DNA of 64,000 bases. Source: Hyphomicrobiales bacterium. GTDB lineage: Bacteria; Pseudomonadota; Alphaproteobacteria; Rhizobiales; CAJQND01. This document shows positions 28,889-38,621 of the stretch, piece by piece (the stretch's first letter is position 1; each line of letters opens with the position of its first letter). The stretch is from the NCBI GenBank assembly GCA_028285595.1, contig JANQOW010000066.1, positions 89,759-153,758 on the forward strand, given 5' to 3'. Both the position numbers and the translations under genes were made by a program. The notes beneath the pieces were generated by a model. It was not told where the DNA came from, made no database searches, and saw only the letters and a list, made by a program, of their open reading frames with translations.

Positions 28889-29866
28889 GTGATCTTGAGC
28901 ACCCAAGCGCGAAACATACCGTTCTCATTGCGCGGCAAACGAGTCTGGGTAGCCGGCCATCGCGGCATGGTTGGCGGCGCGCTCGTTCGCCGTTTGAACT
29001 CTGAGGACGTTGAACTGCTCACGGTCGCACGCAAAGAGGTGGATCTCTGCCGACAATCGGAAGTGGAAGACTGGTTTGCTGCCAACAAACCTGAAGTGGT
29101 GTTTCTGGCGGCAGCCAAAGTGGGCGGCATCCATGCCAACAACACGTCACCAGCTACATTTCTTTATGAAAACCTGATGATCGAGGCCAATGTGGTGCAT
29201 GCCGCTCATCTCAATGGTGTGAGCAAGCTGATCATGTTGGGCTCAACTTGCATCTATCCCAAGATGGCTCCGCAACCCATTCCAGAGTCCGCGCTTTTGG
29301 ACGGCCCGCTTGAGCCCACCAATCAATGGTATGCCGTGGCCAAGATAGCCGGCATCAAGCTCTGCCAAGCCTACCGCCAACAGTATGGGCACGACCTCAT
29401 CGCCGTCCAACCCACCAATCTTTATGGCCCGGGCGATAACTATGACCTTCAATCAAGCCATGTCCTCCCAGCCCTCCTTCGTAAAGCCCATGAGGCCAAG
29501 GAGGCAAAGCAAGAGACCATGACTGTTTGGGGTTCGGGAACTCCGCTTAGAGAGTTTTTGCATGTGGACGATTTGGCCGACGCGGTAGTTTACCTAACCA
29601 AGCACTACAGCGCCGCTGAACACGTGAACATCGGATCCGGCGAGGAGGTCACGATCCGGCAGTTGGCGAGTATGATTTGTCAAACTGTTGGCTTCACGGG
29701 TGGCTTGGAATTCGATGCCAGCAAGCCTGATGGAACGCCCCGCAAGTTGGCAGATGTCACAAAACTGCATGCGCTCGGATGGCAAGGCGCAAGGAGCCTG
29801 TCGGAAGGTATTGAACAGACTTACGCCGACTATCTCGAATCTTTTTGCTCCACGCGAACGTTATGA
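28889..29866 (+). CDS. fcl: GDP-L-fucose synthase
   Basis: VAGHRGMVG, AAAKVGGI, GSTCIYP, YAVAKIAG, PTNLYG, REFLHVDDLA, KPDGTPRK. Confidence 0.96.
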   Translation: MILSTQARNIPFSLRGKRVWVAGHRGMVGGALVRRLNSEDVELLTVARKEVDLCRQSEVEDWFAANKPEVVFLAAAKVGGIHANNTSPATFLYENLMIEANVVHAAHLNGVSKLIMLGSTCIYPKMAPQPIPESALLDGPLEPTNQWYAVAKIAGIKLCQAYRQQYGHDLIAVQPTNLYGPGDNYDLQSSHVLPALLRKAHEAKEAKQETMTVWGSGTPLREFLHVDDLADAVVYLTKHYSAAEHVNIGSGEEVTIRQLASMICQTVGFTGGLEFDASKPDGTPRKLADVTKLHALGWQGARSLSEGIEQTYADYLESFCSTRTL

Positions 29867-30079
29867 GACACACATAATGACCATATGGGATCGGCCATTT
29901 GTCACACGAGTAGCGACAATAGCGAGATTTTGTGATTTATTTGCGTTAGCCGCTACCAATATGCAGGCATGTCTGCGCTCAATAAGCGCTGCAGTGCGCG
30001 GTGCGATTGCAAGACCTCCCGAATGGCGGGATGGGACACCATACCGGATGGTTGAGATTTCTGGGGAACAGCCGTTTCG

Positions 30080-32521
30080 ATGAACTTTCATACACCGCCA
30101 GACAGAAGGCAACCCGCCCCACCCCCAGCGCCTATTGATCCGTACGCGCAGGACAGGTCCGTGCCGGCACCATGGCCGGGGGACCAGTATTTCCAATCAG
30201 GGCCTGCAACTTTCGACGAAGAGCGCTCCTTTGATGTGGTAAAAGTGTTTTGGCTGGTCTGGAGCTTTCGCTGGCTGATCCTTGTCCTGCTCGCCGTTGG
30301 CCTGACCGTCGGTTACGCTTTAACGTTGTTGCAGGTCCCCAAGTACCGCGCCACCACTCAGCTTGAGATCCATTCAAACGCCGCCCGTGTGATCCAAGAT
30401 CTGGCTGTTGTGAATGAGGTCTCTGATAACCGGGCGTTTAATACGGCGGTCCTAAAGCTAAAAAGCAAGGAGCTTCTGCGTCGAACCGTTCACAGTCTCA
30501 ATCTGGTCCATAACCCGAGCTTCCTTTATCCGCCCAAAAACCTGGCTTTCGAGAATCTCTGGGCACGTGTCACGGGCACCACTGCGAAACCCAAACTTCC
30601 AGATGACTCGATTGAGACTCGCGAGGAAATCGCAATAGCTCAAATTCGAGATAGCTTGAATGTGCAACTGATGCGCGACACCAGCGTCATCGCTATCTCA
30701 ATGAGCAACCAAGATCCCAAGATCGCAGCACGGATCTCAGACCAACTCGCCACGAGCTACATTGACCAGCGCATAGACCAAACCGCCGAGACCTCTGATC
30801 TGGCAAGCCAACTTATCCGCAGACAAGTGGGCGAGCTCAAAGAGCGCCTTGAGCAGTCCGAGAAAGAGTTGGTGACCTATGCCAAGACCAAAGGCATTAC
30901 GGTCAATGACGAAGAGGGCGCGTTGGTTGCCGACAACATCAAGTCCATAAACGAGGCACTAGGAGAGGTCATTCGGGAGCGCTTAGTGCTTGCCCGACAG
31001 GTCAAGCAAATCGCGGCCGGAAACGGCAAAGACTTGCCTGAGGTCTTGGAAAGCGAACCCATCCAGAATCTAAGACAGGAAATTGCGAAGCTCAATGCCG
31101 AGTACCGGCAGAAACTCAGCAAATTCAAACCCCAATATCGCGAGATGCGCGCCCTCAGCGCTCAAATTGGCGAGCTACGATCTCAGGTGAATGGTGGCAT
31201 CAAAAGCATCCTGGACACGATTAATCTCAAGCATAACGACGCCATTGCCAAGGAGAACAGTCTCAAAGCAGAGCTCACTCAGTTGGAAGCTGAATATGCG
31301 GAGTTCCAGGACAAAAACATCCAGTACACCATCCTGAAGCGCGAGGTTGACTCCAACCGTAAGCAATACGAGAGCCTGATTGACAAGCTCAACGAAGTGA
31401 ATGTCGCCTCAGAAATCAAGAACGAACGCGCTGTGATCGTAGAGCGCGCGTCAGTTCCCAAGTTGCCCTTTGAACCGAGGCTATCAAGGAACCTCATCTT
31501 GGCCTTTGTCCTATCCTTAGGCGCGGCCGGCCTGGTAATTTACATCTTTGAGCTCTTCAACAATACATTTCGTTCGCCCGACCAGATCGACAGCGAACTG
31601 GGCCTATCTATCCTTGGGATCATCCCGCGAGTAGAGGGTGAAGACCTGGAAGAACAGTTGAGTACCAATAGCTCAGCCATATCCGAAGCCTATCGATCGC
31701 TTCGCACTTCTCTGCAGTTTCTGGGTCCTGACGGTCCACCAGCCACCATTGTGGTGACCAGCGCAGAACCTTCCGAGGGGAAGACCACCACTAGCAAAAA
31801 ACTTGCTGAAGAGTTTGGCGCTCTGGGCAAGCGCGTCCTGCTCATCGATGCCGACATGCGCCGGCCTAACCTGCATAGGGTCCTCAATTTGAGGAATGGC
31901 ATGGGCCTCAGTAATCTGCTCACAAACACCGTGGAAGCTCACGAAGCCAATAGCTCGGAAATCTTTAAGACCAGCGGGCTGCCCAACGTAACCGCAGTTA
32001 CCTCAGGAACCCCGCCCCCCAATCCAGCCAACTTGCTCTCTTCTGAGAAGATGGGCTGGTTTGTGCACTCATGTTCCAACAAGTTCGATCTGGTGATCAT
32101 TGATGCTCCACCCGTTCTTGGGATCTCCGATGCACTTCTCTTGTCACGGCTCGCCGACGCTACACTGTTCGTTGTCTCCGCCCATCAGGTGAGCCGCAAA
32201 TCCGCTCAGCTGGCCTCCATGCGCCTCCGCAGCGCCGGAGCCCACATTGCCGGCGCTGTACTCAGCAGTTTCAATGTGGAAGATGCGGGCTATGGCTACA
32301 ATTACGGCTATCTGGGCTACGGCTATTACAACTACGGTGAAGCCGGTCCCACGCAACGTAGTAGGGAGCTAAAAAATGGGGCGAGCGAACGGCGGAAAAC
32401 CAAGCGACGCAGTTCGCTTCTTGAGCGCGCTGCTGATTATCTCCCTAATCCTGCTAAACGGGATAAGCGCCCTGTTGCAAAAAGACGCCCCCCAAATCGC
32501 CAGGATACTAAACCCGTTTAA
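30080..32521 (+). CDS. wzc: Polysaccharide co-polymerase / tyrosine autokinase
   Basis: Two TMs flanking a coiled coil, EAYRSLRT, Walker A EGKTT, IDADMRRP, IDAPP, Tyr cluster GYGYNYGYLGYGYYNY. Confidence 0.93.
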   Translation: MNFHTPPDRRQPAPPPAPIDPYAQDRSVPAPWPGDQYFQSGPATFDEERSFDVVKVFWLVWSFRWLILVLLAVGLTVGYALTLLQVPKYRATTQLEIHSNAARVIQDLAVVNEVSDNRAFNTAVLKLKSKELLRRTVHSLNLVHNPSFLYPPKNLAFENLWARVTGTTAKPKLPDDSIETREEIAIAQIRDSLNVQLMRDTSVIAISMSNQDPKIAARISDQLATSYIDQRIDQTAETSDLASQLIRRQVGELKERLEQSEKELVTYAKTKGITVNDEEGALVADNIKSINEALGEVIRERLVLARQVKQIAAGNGKDLPEVLESEPIQNLRQEIAKLNAEYRQKLSKFKPQYREMRALSAQIGELRSQVNGGIKSILDTINLKHNDAIAKENSLKAELTQLEAEYAEFQDKNIQYTILKREVDSNRKQYESLIDKLNEVNVASEIKNERAVIVERASVPKLPFEPRLSRNLILAFVLSLGAAGLVIYIFELFNNTFRSPDQIDSELGLSILGIIPRVEGEDLEEQLSTNSSAISEAYRSLRTSLQFLGPDGPPATIVVTSAEPSEGKTTTSKKLAEEFGALGKRVLLIDADMRRPNLHRVLNLRNGMGLSNLLTNTVEAHEANSSEIFKTSGLPNVTAVTSGTPPPNPANLLSSEKMGWFVHSCSNKFDLVIIDAPPVLGISDALLLSRLADATLFVVSAHQVSRKSAQLASMRLRSAGAHIAGAVLSSFNVEDAGYGYNYGYLGYGYYNYGEAGPTQRSRELKNGASERRKTKRRSSLLERAADYLPNPAKRDKRPVAKRRPPNRQDTKPV

Positions 32522-33599
32522 TACCTCAGCTCAGGTAACGTATCTGCAGGCTGAGCTCTCAAAAGACCCCGAACCTGAGGCGTTAATCCATTTAGAAGCC
32601 ACAGCAGCCCGCACCATTGCATTCGCACCAGCCCGCGCCGAAGCCCACAGCTGGGCAGCGGAGGTCGCCTACCGCGCCCACCGCGAGCAAGAAGCACAGA
32701 AGCTCATTGACCGCGCCCTGAGCCTCAGACCCATTGACCTTCAGGCCAATTTGGCGCGCTTGCGAGAAGCCAGCGAACGCCAAGATGTGGTCGAAGTTCT
32801 GCACCGCCTTGATGTAATCGGCCAATATTGGCCAGCGAGCTTTCCGTCTGTCGCCCCAAATGCAGATCTGGCTCTGGCAACCAAGGCAGACAGCCAAGCA
32901 CTTGAGGAATTGATCGGCCGCGATCCCCCTTGGCGAGAAGCGCTCATTCAGCATTTGATGATCACCGAAGCGGGTCGAACCTTTCTCGAACATCTGTTCG
33001 TGCGAGAAGCTGAACTTGGCAAGTCCGTGGATACAGAACACCTCAACGATATCATGGAACGGTTGCTGAAAAGCGGGGCAGCAGCAAAAGCTTACCGCCT
33101 TTTCGTCCGCACCTTGAGCGAGCAAGGGCGCCGACAGCTCGGGACCATCCATAACGCTAAATTCCATCCGCGCATCGGAAACAGTCCCTTTAACTGGTCC
33201 AAACCAAACTGCCCGGCCTCTGAAACCACCCTTTCGGGGGCCAGCGAAGGTTTAATTGTCCGCTTTCTCGGGACACCGGCGCGGCACTGCGGCATTCGCC
33301 AGGTCCTGGTCTTATCGCCCTTGTCAGCAACTTGGACCGTCCGGATTTCTGCAGACAATCTGAACGTTCCCTCTGGGCTGCACTGGAAACTGTCTTGCGG
33401 AAACGGCGCCCTCTTAGCAGAGATCGACGTGCCGCCGGGCACTTATGAGCCGAGACAGTTGAGTCGCTCCTTCCAAACACCAGAGCGCCAGTGCCCCTTC
33501 CAGATCATCGAGCTCAGCACTGGCGAGAACACGTCCAGTTGGCGCAATCGCTATTCTGGAACAGTCCGTTTTCACGAGCTCTCCATATCATCTGAATAG
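32376..33599 (+). CDS. TM-anchored TPR-like protein, copy B
   Basis: Shares LNPFNT.A.V, RFLGTP, SWR..YSGT with 20859-22304; AGGGAG upstream of the ATG; overlaps wzc by 146 nt. Confidence 0.75.
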   Translation: MGRANGGKPSDAVRFLSALLIISLILLNGISALLQKDAPQIARILNPFNTSAQVTYLQAELSKDPEPEALIHLEATAARTIAFAPARAEAHSWAAEVAYRAHREQEAQKLIDRALSLRPIDLQANLARLREASERQDVVEVLHRLDVIGQYWPASFPSVAPNADLALATKADSQALEELIGRDPPWREALIQHLMITEAGRTFLEHLFVREAELGKSVDTEHLNDIMERLLKSGAAAKAYRLFVRTLSEQGRRQLGTIHNAKFHPRIGNSPFNWSKPNCPASETTLSGASEGLIVRFLGTPARHCGIRQVLVLSPLSATWTVRISADNLNVPSGLHWKLSCGNGALLAEIDVPPGTYEPRQLSRSFQTPERQCPFQIIELSTGENTSSWRNRYSGTVRFHELSISSE

Positions 33600-33608
33600 G
33601 CTCTATCC

Positions 33609-34802
33609 TTGTCCCGCGTTGCAAATACCCAAGTCTACTATCTGGGTGGGCTGCTGATCACAGCACTGATTATCGGTGGTGGAACGAACAAGGCTCTCTC
33701 CACAGACTTCCTTCTTCAGCTCCTGGTGATCCCAGCCCTACTCTGGGTCATCTATCGACATGAGTTCAAACAAACTCCTTACCTGAAGACGACGTGTCTT
33801 GTTGTCCTATTTGCAGCCTGTACCCCCTTGGCGCTGAGCTCCGCGCGAACCTTTGGGTTTGACATTGGCACGGCAGACATCGGCCGAACTCTGGACTCTG
33901 TTATATTTCTTGTTATTGGCATCGTCGTGTTTTGCTTCACGCTCCATTTGAGCGAGATGCAAAGAGCCCGGATCGCGCAGTTTCTGCTTATCGGCGTTGC
34001 CATCAACATCGCTTTTTCCATTGCCCAGTTTTCCGCACAACAAACAGCAGTTACCCTTTCGGGATTTCCTTTCAGTGTCGAAGCGGGCTTTTTTGAAGTT
34101 GGACGTCATCTGCAGGCCCTGCTGCTGGTGGCGATCCCGTTCATAATGCTGGCCTTTAAGAACACCACTTGGTGGTTTCTGTCGGTGCCGCTGGCTCTGG
34201 CCCTAGCGCTCTATCAGTTCTTGTTGGGCTCAACGGCCGGCGTTCTGGCAGGATTGGTATGTGTTATGGCCGGTCTTGGGATCGTGACCAGCAAGGCCCC
34301 CGTCCGGATCGGGGCAGCCGGGGCGGCCATACTGGGGACCGCCTGCCTCACATACTTCATCCCGGAACTCTTGACCACTGAGCTCGCGGGCGGTCAAACC
34401 TGGGCAAGACTTCAGCTTGCTGCCACGACGGCCCAGCAAGCCTATCTGCCGTTCGGCAGCGGGTATGGCACCTTCGATCTGGTTTACCCCCAGTATGGGG
34501 CACAGGACCGAACCGCCCTCGCCTTCCCTAATCACGCACACAATGACTATTTGGAGCTGGGCATTGAAGGAGGAGTGATCGTCATTGCCCTCCTTGTGGT
34601 CTATGTGGCAGGATTTCTCGCAATGATTGCCCGCGGCGGCTTAACAGATTTCCAGAAGGCCGCGGCTCTGGGTATCGCCGTTCTGCTTGTTCAGTCCTTG
34701 ATGGATTATCCTTTGCGCACCTTGGGACTCGCCATGGTCTTCTCATATCTCAACGCCATTGTATTTGCAGGCGTGTTCTCAAAACAACAGTTGACGGCGT
34801 GA
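33609..34802 (+). CDS. O-antigen ligase family protein, copy B (divergent)
   Basis: GGGT...LLQLL.IPAL, PFGSGYGTF, NHAHNDYLE, QSLMDYPLRT. Confidence 0.82.
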   Translation: MSRVANTQVYYLGGLLITALIIGGGTNKALSTDFLLQLLVIPALLWVIYRHEFKQTPYLKTTCLVVLFAACTPLALSSARTFGFDIGTADIGRTLDSVIFLVIGIVVFCFTLHLSEMQRARIAQFLLIGVAINIAFSIAQFSAQQTAVTLSGFPFSVEAGFFEVGRHLQALLLVAIPFIMLAFKNTTWWFLSVPLALALALYQFLLGSTAGVLAGLVCVMAGLGIVTSKAPVRIGAAGAAILGTACLTYFIPELLTTELAGGQTWARLQLAATTAQQAYLPFGSGYGTFDLVYPQYGAQDRTALAFPNHAHNDYLELGIEGGVIVIALLVVYVAGFLAMIARGGLTDFQKAAALGIAVLLVQSLMDYPLRTLGLAMVFSYLNAIVFAGVFSKQQLTA

Positions 34803-34892
34803 TCAAGGGATGATCGGCATTCCGATTGGTTTGCGATGATCACACAAGAGAAATGAGATGCAAAAAGCACCGGCAGGTGCACGGCGCCGCCA

Positions 34893-34904
34893 TTGTGCAG
34901 TGCA
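34893..34904 (-). promoter_or_regulatory. Putative PhaR/AniA-type box upstream of wza
   Basis: Minus strand TGCACTGCACAA; near-identical box at 36960-36971. Confidence 0.45.
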
Positions 34905-34968
34905 ATATTCGGATAGACGTTTTTCGGGCGCTGAAGTATAACAGTGTCATCAAAACGGCGCTTTTTTA

Positions 34969-35814
34969 ATGTCAGCTGAAAAGCGGAGCACGCGGCAACC
35001 GTCGGGCCAGGGATATCAGAACATGCATATCGCAGGTTTCACGAGGCAAAGATCGCGCGGGGCATTATTGGCTTGCGCGTGTGCTGCGCTGCTCGGTGCA
35101 TGTTCCGGAAGCAACAGCCTGGATCTCGGCGGCAATGTCAGTCCTGCAGGAACGGTTGCAGAGACCGGTGCCAGTGCCAACGCGCAGTCAGTAAGCTTAC
35201 GTCAGGTCAAGAGCTTACCCGCTCCCCTCAACACCAGCGGGGGCAATGACCAATTGATCTCCGCCAGCGATGTTCTTCTTGTGGAAGTTTTTGATGCCGA
35301 TCCGCCCAATATGGAAGTCCAGGTAGACAGCCGCGGTCGAGTCCGCTTGCGGGACGTGGGCGTTGTGAAAGCCGCAGGCCAAACGCCACGCCAGTTAGAA
35401 GCCAAGCTGAGGCGGCTGTATGAAGCCTGCTGTTACCGCAACCCGGATGTCTCAGTCGGTGTCAAGCAATCCATTGCCAGTCAAGTCACCGTTGATGGCG
35501 AGGTCCGGCAGCCGCGGAGTTTCCAAGTCGGCAGCGGCACCACTTTAAGCAAGATCTTTGCTCCGGCCGGAGGGTTTACAGAAATCGCCGACCCCACCAA
35601 GGTCTATGTCTACCGACAAGTGGGCGCAGAACGTCTCGTGGCTAAGTACAATGTGAAGGCTATCAGAGCCGCGCGGCGTTCTGACCCGCGAATTTACGGG
35701 GGAGATTTTGTAATGGTGTTCAGCTCTGACACCCAGGTAGCCATGCGAAACTTAAGAGAAGCTCTGGGGCTCGCCTCAAGCGCCACCCGCGCCGCGGCCA
35801 TTCCCGGCCTATAG
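34969..35814 (+). CDS. wza: Polysaccharide export lipoprotein (Wza/OPX family); alternative start ATG 35023
   Basis: Lipobox LLGAC, Poly_export (VDSRGRV...VKAAGQT...NPDVSV) and SLBB (VTVDGEV, AGGFTE) segments. Confidence 0.85.
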   Translation: MSAEKRSTRQPSGQGYQNMHIAGFTRQRSRGALLACACAALLGACSGSNSLDLGGNVSPAGTVAETGASANAQSVSLRQVKSLPAPLNTSGGNDQLISASDVLLVEVFDADPPNMEVQVDSRGRVRLRDVGVVKAAGQTPRQLEAKLRRLYEACCYRNPDVSVGVKQSIASQVTVDGEVRQPRSFQVGSGTTLSKIFAPAGGFTEIADPTKVYVYRQVGAERLVAKYNVKAIRAARRSDPRIYGGDFVMVFSSDTQVAMRNLREALGLASSATRAAAIPGL

Positions 35815-35842
35815 CCGGCACGGGCCTACAACTGCTATTCCA

Positions 35843-36616
35843 GTGCTGTTCTTTGATAAGCTTCTGACGTTTTTCATCACTCCATTGGGATTAACATTCA
35901 GCGGCTTTACCGCTGGTCTCATCTTCGGCCTACTTGGTTTAAAGCGCATACGAACGCTATTCGTCTGGGCAGCGATAGCTTTGCTCCTGGTGCTTTCCAC
36001 GCCTGTTGTTGCCAGGTCGCTGTTGGGCAACTTGGAGAGCCAGTTCCCGCAGAAGGCCATTGATCAATTTGAACCCCGCGATGTCGCCGTGTTGCTGGGC
36101 GGCGTGTTCAAGCAAATGAGGCAAGAGCCGTATCAGCGCGATGCGGGCGATGCCGTGGACCGAGTGATCTTTACGGCCCGTCTTTATAAGGCAGGCAAAG
36201 TGCGTAAAGTCATCGTCTCAGGCGGCAATCTCCCCTGGCACAGCGGTGCGCCCTCAGAAGCAAAGCTTGTGAGTCAGTTGCTGAGTGACCTAGGCGTGCC
36301 TGCCCACGACCAACTTCTTGATACCGAAAGCAGCAACACTTATGAGAATGCTTTGGCAACCAAGACCATCTGGGAGACGCAGAGCTTCAAATCCGGCTAT
36401 CTCGTCACCTCTGCCTGGCACATGCGCAGGGCTTACGCCGTTTTTCAGAAGCAAGGCTTGACCGTGGCGCCGTCAGCCACCGACCATCGGGTCGCTCAAC
36501 CGGTGTGGGAAACCATCTTGGATCTTCTGCCTACTGCCGCCGCTCTGCACATGACCTCGGTCTCGTTCCGGGAACATGTGGGCTATTGGGTCTACTCCTC
36601 GCGAGGCTGGTTGTAG
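35843..36616 (+). CDS. YdcF/ElyC (DUF218) family envelope protein
   Basis: VLLGG, VSGG, SEA, SSNTYENA, LVTSAWHMRRA, REHVG. Confidence 0.9.
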   Translation: MLFFDKLLTFFITPLGLTFSGFTAGLIFGLLGLKRIRTLFVWAAIALLLVLSTPVVARSLLGNLESQFPQKAIDQFEPRDVAVLLGGVFKQMRQEPYQRDAGDAVDRVIFTARLYKAGKVRKVIVSGGNLPWHSGAPSEAKLVSQLLSDLGVPAHDQLLDTESSNTYENALATKTIWETQSFKSGYLVTSAWHMRRAYAVFQKQGLTVAPSATDHRVAQPVWETILDLLPTAAALHMTSVSFREHVGYWVYSSRGWL

Positions 36617-36959
36617 CAGTCTCGCCTGAGTAAAGTTGGCGCGTATTGAATGGCTTTGACGTTCCCCAATTCCAACAACGCTTTCATCCATCAACACAAC
36701 GAAGCTAGAGTCCGCTACCTGCCGAGTGGCCTGTTGCAAGTGCGAGCATCACGCAGAAACACATGCGCCTTAGGGAGCTAATTCGACACCTTCGGTAGCG
36801 CTACAAACGTTTCATACAACGGCTGGGTGTCAAGCAATAGTTTACGACAACTTGTTGTAACAATTGACAATTCCAAGTCCCCTGCCTTCCAGAATTAGCC
36901 GAAAAACATTGACGATGTGAGCTTGGCGGTCTAATCATGGGGCGTAGTTGTTTTATGCT

Positions 36960-36971
36960 TGCAGTGCACAA
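36960..36971 (+). promoter_or_regulatory. Putative PhaR/AniA-type box upstream of the sqdB operon
   Basis: TGCAGTGCACAA. Confidence 0.45.
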
Positions 36972-37451
36972 TAGTAGAGTTTTGGCGTGAGTCTGATCTG
37001 GGAAGCGAGTGACCTGGAGTGCGGTAGCCATTCTGCGCTTCCGTAGCTCGAAACCAGTTTGATGCGGATTACCAACAGTGCATTGCCCAGCGCGCGGATG
37101 AACGGTCGCAAGACACTCTTTCACGTCCGCCGGATTTAGCGGGCTAACTCCTTTCCATTCATTACACATCGAACGCTGCCCCCACCGATTAGGTTTGTGG
37201 ATCAATGTGCAACACGCGCTGTTTGAGCATCTCCAACGCCGACACACGGCGGACCACTCTGCATACAAGTGAATAATGAAGACCGGAGCATAGATTCAAT
37301 TAAAATGTAAAATTCAAATATTTTTGCGAGAAGCAATCATACTCACAGTCTTGCAATCCACATTCAGAGAAAAAGCTGAAATTAATACCTTTAGATGAAG
37401 AGTAATATTTTAAAAGCTCACAGAAAATCGAGAAAGAAACGGGGATAAAAC

Positions 37452-38621
37452 ATGAAAATCGTTGTACTTGGCGGAGACGGTTTCTGCGGGTGGCCGACTT
37501 CGTTACATCTATCCAACCTTGGCCATGATGTCGTGATTGTCGACAATCTCTCTCGCCGTAACATTGATAACGAACTTGAGGTATCACCACTCACACCGAT
37601 TTCGCCGATGAGTGTGAGGTTAGAAGCCTGGAAACGGGTATCGGGTCGCGATATTCGCTTCGTCAACATTGATATTGCGGAAAACTATCACAGGTTGCTG
37701 ACGCTAATAAAAGAGTTCAAGCCGGAATGTGTTGTGCATTTTGCAGAACAAAGGGCCGCTCCATACTCCATGAAATCGTCTTGGCATAAGCGTTACACTG
37801 TCAGCAACAATTTGAATGCCACGAACAACTTGCTCGCGGCCATCGTAGAAGCGGAACGCATCGAAACTCATGTGATCCATCTCGGTACGATGGGCGTCTA
37901 CGGATACAACGATTCAGGTGTTCAGATCCCAGAAGGCTACTTGGAAGTCTATGTTCGTACCGATGACGGTGACGAGCTAAAGCAAGAAATTCTTTATCCC
38001 GCTAATCCGGGAAGTATCTACCATATGACCAAAACTCAAGATCAGTTGATGTTTGGCTTCTACAACCGCAACGACAAGCTCAGGATCACTGATCTGCACC
38101 AGGGTATTGTTTGGGGAACCCAAACCGCAGAAACTGCCATGGACGGGGACCTCATCAATCGTTTTGACTATGACGGTGACTACGGCACTGTTCTGAATCG
38201 GTTCCTAATGCAGGCAGCGATTGACTACCCCCTCACGGTGCATGGCACTGGAGGCCAGTCGCGGGCTTTCATACACATTCAAGACACCGTGCGTTGCATT
38301 CAACTTGCCGCAGAAAACCCACCCCAAACTGGAGAGCGCGTGCGAATTATCAACCAGATGACTGAAGTGTATCGGGTGCGGGACTTGGCCAAAGTCGTAT
38401 CGGATCTGACGGGCGCGGAAGTTCATCATGTCGACAATCCACGCAACGAGGCACCAGAGAACGAATTGCGGGTGGCCAATGACAGCCTACTGAGGCTAGG
38501 CCTTGAGCCCATTACGTTGAAGAACGGTCTGCTTAGTGAGATAAGTGATATCGCTAAGCGTTACTCGGACCGCTGCAACCGGAGCAAAATTCCTTGCGTG
38601 TCCTATTGGTCGAAACGTTAA
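37452..38621 (+). CDS. sqdB: UDP-sulfoquinovose synthase
   Basis: VLGGDGFCGWPT, HFAEQRAAPYSM, HLGTMGVYG, PGSIYHMTK, TDLHQGIVWG, NRFDYDGDYGTVLNRF. Confidence 0.95.
   Translation: MKIVVLGGDGFCGWPTSLHLSNLGHDVVIVDNLSRRNIDNELEVSPLTPISPMSVRLEAWKRVSGRDIRFVNIDIAENYHRLLTLIKEFKPECVVHFAEQRAAPYSMKSSWHKRYTVSNNLNATNNLLAAIVEAERIETHVIHLGTMGVYGYNDSGVQIPEGYLEVYVRTDDGDELKQEILYPANPGSIYHMTKTQDQLMFGFYNRNDKLRITDLHQGIVWGTQTAETAMDGDLINRFDYDGDYGTVLNRFLMQAAIDYPLTVHGTGGQSRAFIHIQDTVRCIQLAAENPPQTGERVRIINQMTEVYRVRDLAKVVSDLTGAEVHHVDNPRNEAPENELRVANDSLLRLGLEPITLKNGLLSEISDIAKRYSDRCNRSKIPCVSYWSKR

Noticed and set aside
36801-37268. 155-aa minus-strand ORF in the long gap
   Set aside because: No RBS, recognisable motif or protein-like composition; treated as non-coding.
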